DNA of 64,000 nt from the NCBI GenBank assembly GCA_002633005.1, contig NMRA01000672.1:1-64000 (forward strand). The letters run 5' to 3'. Below the pieces are notes generated by a model that saw nothing but the letters and a program-made list of their open reading frames with translations, searched no databases and had not been told where the DNA came from. Below are positions 62,701 through 64,000 of the stretch, piece by piece (position 1 is the stretch's first letter; each line of letters begins with the position of its first letter). The position numbers and the translations under genes are program-made. Source of the DNA: Phoronis australis (lineage: Eukaryota > Animalia > Phoronida).

Positions 62701-63359
62701 TAAAATGGCGCCGTGTGTTAACTGCGATGGGCCCACCTGAGCGGCCTACGCATGTTTGATACAACTTTTGTTACCTGATCAAAATGGAGCCATTGCCAAA
62801 CAGGAAGATCTTGTCACTGTTGAAGAGTTGTTCGCCCGTGTCCTTGCGGTACCATGTCATGTTGTACGCCACATTACTCCGCGCCACACACGACAAGACG
62901 GCGTCACGACCTGGGAGTGTTGACGTGTTGTCCGGCTTATTGATTGACGGCGGTGGGTCTGAAAGTTGACGCAAACGTGGTATCAAACCAAATATGATAG
63001 CGTAGGCAATATATTTAGGCTAATGAGAGATTTTGAGTTCATTTAAGCTTAACTTATTGTGAGATAGCTTGATCAATGGTGGTAGACCTGAAATCAATAT
63101 TGAAGCAATGTAAGCCTACACAATTTGTGATACAGGTAACTTCGCACACAGTTAGTACAAGAGAATGTATAGTTAGATGGTGGCGGAACTTAAACAAAGC
63201 AAAAGTTTTAACAAACGATCACTAATTGAAGACCTACCAGTGACGTCCAGGAATGTGGCCTTGGTGTGCCAGCCTGCCTTGCTGGACGCATTACACTTGT
63301 ACATGCCTTCATCGTTTAACCCCGTCTTCTCGATACTGTACGTGGCAACATCGTCCTCA
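11367..63359 (-). CDS. HMCN1: Hemicentin-1-like (fibulin-6) extracellular matrix protein; 60 exons in window; 5' part (signal peptide, VWA) outside window
   Basis: Domain order Ig x28, TSP1 x6, G2F, cbEGF x9, fibulin C-terminal module is diagnostic of hemicentin-1; exon lengths sum to 11,026 nt with consistent phases to TAA at 11367. Confidence 0.95.
12178..12304 (-). CDS. HMCN1: Hemicentin exon, cbEGF9 ([27 protein letters not shown])
   Basis: GT-AG, cbEGF consensus. Confidence 0.92.
12447..12600. mobile_element. Non-autonomous DNA transposon, CAGGGGCGGATCC...CGCCACTG family
   Basis: TIR-like ends; flanks CATCC/CACCC resemble a 5-bp TSD; same ends as 25045 copy. Confidence 0.7.
13350..13469 (-). 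CDS. HMCN1: Hemicentin exon, cbEGF8
   Basis: [24 protein letters not shown]. Confidence 0.92.
   Translation of the reverse strand, partial: TKTSVCSKESVNTIVRTHEARTGVLVLGVTDWPPTGARV
14444..14551 (-). CDS. HMCN1: Hemicentin exon, inter-EGF linker ([36 protein letters not shown])
   Basis: Phase 1-1, GT-AG, same position as the GLE linker of hemicentins. Confidence 0.85.
   Translation of the reverse strand, partial: DWRSLKLTQTTRPYVIHGVIGSDVLGVLYSRMANA
14867..14983 (-). CDS. HMCN1: Hemicentin exon, cbEGF7
   Basis: [39 protein letters not shown]. Confidence 0.92.
15056..15173. mobile_element. About 118-bp MITE, TIR ACGGTAATTC
   Basis: cacggtaattcttc...gatgaattaccgta. Confidence 0.5.
16530..16658 (-). 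CDS. HMCN1: Hemicentin exon, cbEGF6
   Basis: [27 protein letters not shown]. Confidence 0.92.
16737..16975. mobile_element. MITE, CAGGGCTTGGAAT-TIR family (inverted relative to 4146 copy)
   Basis: cagggcttggaatgaccaatgacaaaaa...gaggaaaattccgaagc. Confidence 0.75.
17685..17816 (-). CDS. HMCN1: Hemicentin exon, cbEGF5
   Basis: [27 protein letters not shown]. Confidence 0.92.
18557..18622. repeat. Perfect 33-bp tandem duplication
   Basis: tattataaacttgatttatgggctgctgactac x2. Confidence 0.92.
18737..18850 (-). CDS. HMCN1: Hemicentin exon, cbEGF4
   Basis: [23 protein letters not shown]. Confidence 0.92.
19952..20071 (-). CDS. HMCN1: Hemicentin exon, cbEGF3
   Basis: [25 protein letters not shown]. 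Confidence 0.92.
20527..20661 (-). CDS. HMCN1: Hemicentin exon, cbEGF2
   Basis: [27 protein letters not shown]. Confidence 0.92.
20955..21016 (-). mobile_element. 5'-truncated tRNA-derived SINE head / tRNA pseudogene fragment
   Basis: Minus strand GAGTGGTAAGAGCA-CTAGA-GGGTCAA-TCTAG-AGACCTGTGGTTCGATTCCCAG: anticodon-like stem and B box, but no 5' acceptor arm. Confidence 0.55.
21594..21776 (-). CDS. HMCN1: Hemicentin exon, post-G2F segment plus cbEGF1
   Basis: [38 protein letters not shown]. Confidence 0.92.
22046..22096. repeat. About 2.5x 20-bp tandem repeat (AATCACCACGRTGCYCYCAT)
   Basis: Directly visible. Confidence 0.8.
22452..22655 (-). CDS. HMCN1: Hemicentin exon, G2F domain part 4
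   Basis: [29 protein letters not shown]...MPYLVQRL. Confidence 0.92.
23317..23472 (-). CDS. HMCN1: Hemicentin exon, G2F domain part 3
   Basis: [12 protein letters not shown]...[11 protein letters not shown]. Confidence 0.92.
23898..24035 (-). CDS. HMCN1: Hemicentin exon, G2F domain part 2
   Basis: [29 protein letters not shown]...QVEFAT. Confidence 0.92.
24241..24562. mobile_element. MITE, ATTCTCCAGTTTGGGACAG family
   Basis: aattctccagttt...cggagtttgtaccaaaatt...ccaaattggagaatt. Confidence 0.65.
24984..25472 (-). mobile_element. tRNA-derived SINE head interrupted by a DNA transposon
   Basis: Removing 25045-25462 restores GGCAGTGTGGCTTAGTAGGATAAG...GGTCGTGGGTTCATGACCC (A box and B box). 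Confidence 0.55.
25045..25457. mobile_element. Non-autonomous DNA transposon, CAGGGGGCGGATCC...CCGCCACTG family, 5-bp TSD CTAAG
   Basis: CTAAG at 25040-25044 and 25458-25462 flank TIR-like ends. Confidence 0.75.
25561..25707 (-). CDS. HMCN1: Hemicentin exon, G2F domain part 1
   Basis: [21 protein letters not shown]...[10 protein letters not shown]. Confidence 0.88.
28002..28213. mobile_element. Possible Tc1/mariner-type MITE
   Basis: tacagtaaaatttcac...gtgattttacagta, imperfect TA-flanked TIR. Confidence 0.35.
28962..29126 (-). CDS. HMCN1: Hemicentin exon, TSP1 repeat 6
   Basis: [20 protein letters not shown]. Confidence 0.93.
30255..30302. repeat. 2x 24-bp tandem duplication
   Basis: tatggttggca(a/g)tctat(a/g)tacaca x2. 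Confidence 0.85.
30354..30524 (-). CDS. HMCN1: Hemicentin exon, TSP1 repeat 5
   Basis: [21 protein letters not shown]. Confidence 0.93.
31199..31369 (-). CDS. HMCN1: Hemicentin exon, TSP1 repeat 4
   Basis: [21 protein letters not shown]. Confidence 0.93.
32516..32686 (-). CDS. HMCN1: Hemicentin exon, TSP1 repeat 3
   Basis: [21 protein letters not shown]. Confidence 0.93.
33031..33201 (-). CDS. HMCN1: Hemicentin exon, TSP1 repeat 2
   Basis: [21 protein letters not shown]. Confidence 0.93.
33463..33633 (-). CDS. HMCN1: Hemicentin exon, TSP1 repeat 1
   Basis: [21 protein letters not shown]. Confidence 0.93.
34002..34271 (-). CDS. HMCN1: Hemicentin exon, Ig28
   Basis: I-set Ig: [13 protein letters not shown]...DGGLYKC. 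Confidence 0.92.
34318..34621 (+). mobile_element. 5'-truncated Penelope-like retroelement (GIY-YIG endonuclease C-terminus plus 3' terminal segment)
   Basis: [33 protein letters not shown] fits the PLE GIY-YIG C-terminal pattern; 12-bp direct repeat CATCTTTGCATA at 34306-34317 and 34622-34633. Confidence 0.85.
34497..34539 (+). ncRNA. Minimal type I hammerhead ribozyme motif (Penelope type), with core variant A13C
   Basis: GUGGC-CUGAUGA-A-GUCCUC-gagag-GAGGAC-GCA-ACGU-A-GCCAU: stem I, stem II and palindromic ACGU helix III. Confidence 0.75.
35020..35339. mobile_element. MITE, ATTCTCCAGTTTGGGACAG family, degenerate
   Basis: ttttgctcaaggtcagagcatgaaccaaattttagaaatagg...gtcccaaatttttgagacagtc. 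Confidence 0.55.
35908..35989 (-). CDS. HMCN1: Hemicentin exon, Ig27 second half
   Basis: [27 protein letters not shown]. Confidence 0.9.
36651..36838 (-). CDS. HMCN1: Hemicentin exon, Ig27 first half
   Basis: [17 protein letters not shown]. Confidence 0.9.
37298..37429 (-). CDS. HMCN1: Hemicentin exon, Ig26 second half
   Basis: [25 protein letters not shown]. Confidence 0.9.
37435..37640. repeat. Low-complexity AT-rich degenerate microsatellite (ATTAT/ACAAT)
   Basis: Directly visible. Confidence 0.75.
37836..37967 (-). CDS. HMCN1: Hemicentin exon, Ig26 first half
   Basis: [36 protein letters not shown]. Confidence 0.9.
38759..39034 (-). CDS. HMCN1: Hemicentin exon, Ig25
   Basis: I-set Ig, phase 1-1. 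Confidence 0.92.
39486..39568 (-). CDS. HMCN1: Hemicentin exon, Ig24 second half
   Basis: [27 protein letters not shown]. Confidence 0.9.
39845..39891. repeat. (ACAAAC)n microsatellite
   Basis: Directly visible. Confidence 0.8.
39899..40091 (-). CDS. HMCN1: Hemicentin exon, Ig24 first half
   Basis: [36 protein letters not shown]. Confidence 0.9.
40569..40841 (-). CDS. HMCN1: Hemicentin exon, Ig23
   Basis: I-set Ig, phase 1-1. Confidence 0.92.
41291..41563 (-). CDS. HMCN1: Hemicentin exon, Ig22
   Basis: I-set Ig, phase 1-1. Confidence 0.92.
41854..42138 (-). CDS. HMCN1: Hemicentin exon, Ig21
   Basis: I-set Ig, AAG acceptor. Confidence 0.9.
42558..42788. mobile_element. MITE, CAGGGCTTGGAAT-TIR family
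   Basis: cagggcttggaatgacc...gaggaaaattccaagcccta. Confidence 0.75.
43004..43128 (-). CDS. HMCN1: Hemicentin exon, Ig20 second half
   Basis: [30 protein letters not shown]. Confidence 0.9.
43651..43807 (-). CDS. HMCN1: Hemicentin exon, Ig20 first half
   Basis: [37 protein letters not shown]. Confidence 0.9.
44380..44667 (-). CDS. HMCN1: Hemicentin exon, Ig19
   Basis: I-set Ig, phase 1-1. Confidence 0.92.
45501..45742. mobile_element. MITE with GGGC(C/A)TGTTCCAA TIR (Harbinger-like termini)
   Basis: gggcatgttccaagaaatagactta...taagtcagttttgttggaacaggccc. Confidence 0.6.
45782..46060 (-). CDS. HMCN1: Hemicentin exon, Ig18
   Basis: I-set Ig, phase 1-1. Confidence 0.92.
46483..46758 (-). CDS. 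HMCN1: Hemicentin exon, Ig17
   Basis: I-set Ig, phase 1-1. Confidence 0.92.
47144..47425 (-). CDS. HMCN1: Hemicentin exon, Ig16
   Basis: I-set Ig, phase 1-1. Confidence 0.92.
47439..47670. mobile_element. MITE, CAGGGCTTGGAAT-TIR family, degenerate
   Basis: aggcttgcaatgactaatgacaaaa...ctcttaaaagaggaaag, homologous to 42558 copy. Confidence 0.65.
48383..48667 (-). CDS. HMCN1: Hemicentin exon, Ig15
   Basis: I-set Ig, phase 1-1. Confidence 0.92.
49059..49340 (-). CDS. HMCN1: Hemicentin exon, Ig14
   Basis: I-set Ig, phase 1-1. Confidence 0.92.
49927..50139 (-). CDS. HMCN1: Hemicentin exon, Ig13 second half with RGD-containing insert
   Basis: ttccag|CC...; [38 protein letters not shown]...YVC. 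Confidence 0.85.
50460..50597 (-). CDS. HMCN1: Hemicentin exon, Ig13 first half
   Basis: [46 protein letters not shown]. Confidence 0.9.
50995..51282 (-). CDS. HMCN1: Hemicentin exon, Ig12
   Basis: I-set Ig, phase 1-1. Confidence 0.92.
51568..51743 (-). CDS. HMCN1: Hemicentin exon, Ig11 second half
   Basis: YKDNEPIDL...[14 protein letters not shown]. Confidence 0.9.
52465..52597 (-). CDS. HMCN1: Hemicentin exon, Ig11 first half
   Basis: [45 protein letters not shown]. Confidence 0.9.
52661..52733. mobile_element. Partial copy of the 110-bp fold-back MITE
   Basis: ttttgagaaccagttt...aaactggttctca. Confidence 0.6.
52892..53167 (-). CDS. HMCN1: Hemicentin exon, Ig10
   Basis: I-set Ig, phase 1-1. 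Confidence 0.92.
53556..53837 (-). CDS. HMCN1: Hemicentin exon, Ig9
   Basis: I-set Ig, phase 1-1. Confidence 0.92.
54304..54408 (-). CDS. HMCN1: Hemicentin exon, Ig8 second half
   Basis: [23 protein letters not shown]; AAG acceptor. Confidence 0.88.
54500..54832. mobile_element. MITE, ATTCTCCAGTTTGGGACAG family
   Basis: ttttgctcaaggttagagcctgcaccaatttt...aactgtcccaaactggagaa. Confidence 0.65.
55433..55600 (-). CDS. HMCN1: Hemicentin exon, Ig8 first half
   Basis: [26 protein letters not shown]. Confidence 0.9.
56021..56180 (-). CDS. HMCN1: Hemicentin exon, Ig7 second half
   Basis: [12 protein letters not shown]...[14 protein letters not shown]. Confidence 0.9.
56662..56780 (-). CDS. HMCN1: Hemicentin exon, Ig7 first half
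   Basis: [39 protein letters not shown]. Confidence 0.9.
57078..57442. mobile_element. MITE, ATTCTCCAGTTTGGGACAG family (inverted)
   Basis: ttgggacagtttc...gctgtcccaaactggagaat. Confidence 0.6.
57540..57818 (-). CDS. HMCN1: Hemicentin exon, Ig6
   Basis: I-set Ig, phase 1-1. Confidence 0.92.
58631..58726 (-). CDS. HMCN1: Hemicentin exon, Ig5 second half
   Basis: [31 protein letters not shown]. Confidence 0.9.
58887..59072 (-). CDS. HMCN1: Hemicentin exon, Ig5 first half
   Basis: [37 protein letters not shown]. Confidence 0.9.
59642..59786 (-). CDS. HMCN1: Hemicentin exon, Ig4 second half
   Basis: [30 protein letters not shown]. Confidence 0.9.
59970..60236. mobile_element. Degenerate MITE with about 26-bp imperfect TIR
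   Basis: ttcatgaaaagtgacccaagacttaa...ttaagtcttatgtcactttaatgaa. Confidence 0.5.
60547..60671 (-). CDS. HMCN1: Hemicentin exon, Ig4 first half
   Basis: [39 protein letters not shown]. Confidence 0.9.
60787..60880. mobile_element. Degenerate copy of the 110-bp fold-back MITE
   Basis: gtaatagtc...ttttgagaaccagt...aaactggttcttaaaat. Confidence 0.6.
61533..61781 (-). CDS. HMCN1: Hemicentin exon, Ig3
   Basis: [35 protein letters not shown]...GEYKC. Confidence 0.9.
62278..62369 (-). CDS. HMCN1: Hemicentin exon, Ig2 second half
   Basis: [30 protein letters not shown]. Confidence 0.9.
62775..62958 (-). CDS. HMCN1: Hemicentin exon, Ig2 first half
   Basis: [36 protein letters not shown]. Confidence 0.9.
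63238..63359 (-). CDS. HMCN1: Hemicentin exon, Ig1 second half
   Basis: [25 protein letters not shown]. Confidence 0.88.
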
Positions 63360-64000
63360 CTGAAGTACAACATACATCCATGATCCACTTTCAGCAGATA
63401 CTTAGTTAAGAAATGTCAAAGACATAGATACCAACTGTCTACAACACTAGGGTAATTTGCATTTATCAAGCATACAATATTGGCAACAAGCGCAATTTTA
63501 TTAAATTTGTTAAATTTCTCCACAAAAGTGAAGATTAAGAACGTTTTAGTCTATTACACGGTCACATGGATTGTAGTGTGTAGATGTCACAAAGTAGCAT
63601 TACTCAGAAATTATCGAGCATTCAAAAACGATTATGGGAGGACTATTAGCATGCATTGGAATCAACGACATTTTTAGTTAAATAGATCTACAGCTTCACA
63701 TCTCTGTATTCAGACCCATGTAGATCTTTGATATTCTGCTTACTTCTTTCCTAAATCTGCGCTAACTTTTTTGTAATAAGCAATAAAAAATCTGATTCAA
63801 CATAGGTGAGAACTAATTTTGATGGCGTTAGACACAAGAGTCATTTCAACACTGCAAGACAGCAATTCAGTAAGTTAAATTAGTCGTCAAAATTGATAAA
63901 ATTGGTCTCAACTTGTTCCTTACTCTGGTGAGAAGTGATTTTGTTTTTCCTCAAGACAGTGCGTGGTGAATAAAATGACACATCGCGACAAAACAACTAG

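Noticed and set aside
11367-63359. Several separate genes (fibulin-like, thrombospondin-like, titin/Dscam-like), or Dscam-style mutually exclusive Ig clusters
   Set aside because: All 60 exons join in one frame in hemicentin domain order; split Ig halves alternate strictly first/second, with no arrays of alternative half-exons

Overview
Intron-rich, AT-rich eukaryotic genomic DNA from an animal, probably a marine invertebrate; the species cannot be determined from the sequence. Two convergent spliced genes were reconstructed by hand from GT-AG boundaries. (1) On +, the 3' part of ABHD16A/BAT5 (phosphatidylserine lipase): 9 coding exons at 345-7958, with the WSIGG Ser, RRTTDE Asp and STHC His motifs. 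(2) On -, most of a hemicentin-1-like gene: 60 coding exons at 63359-11367, about 3,670 codons in one continuous frame. It encodes 28 Ig domains, 6 TSP1 repeats, a nidogen G2F domain, 9 cbEGF domains and a fibulin-type C-terminal module; the signal peptide and VWA region lie beyond the right edge. Introns carry several MITE families, tRNA-derived SINE fragments and a truncated Penelope-like retroelement with a minimal hammerhead ribozyme. Main observations: a tandem triplication of the ABHD16A last-exon acceptor plus catalytic-His segment, an apparently short (28-Ig) hemicentin stalk, an RGD-bearing insertion in one Ig domain, and the hammerhead. No prokaryotic systems are present, and I found no wholly new biological system.
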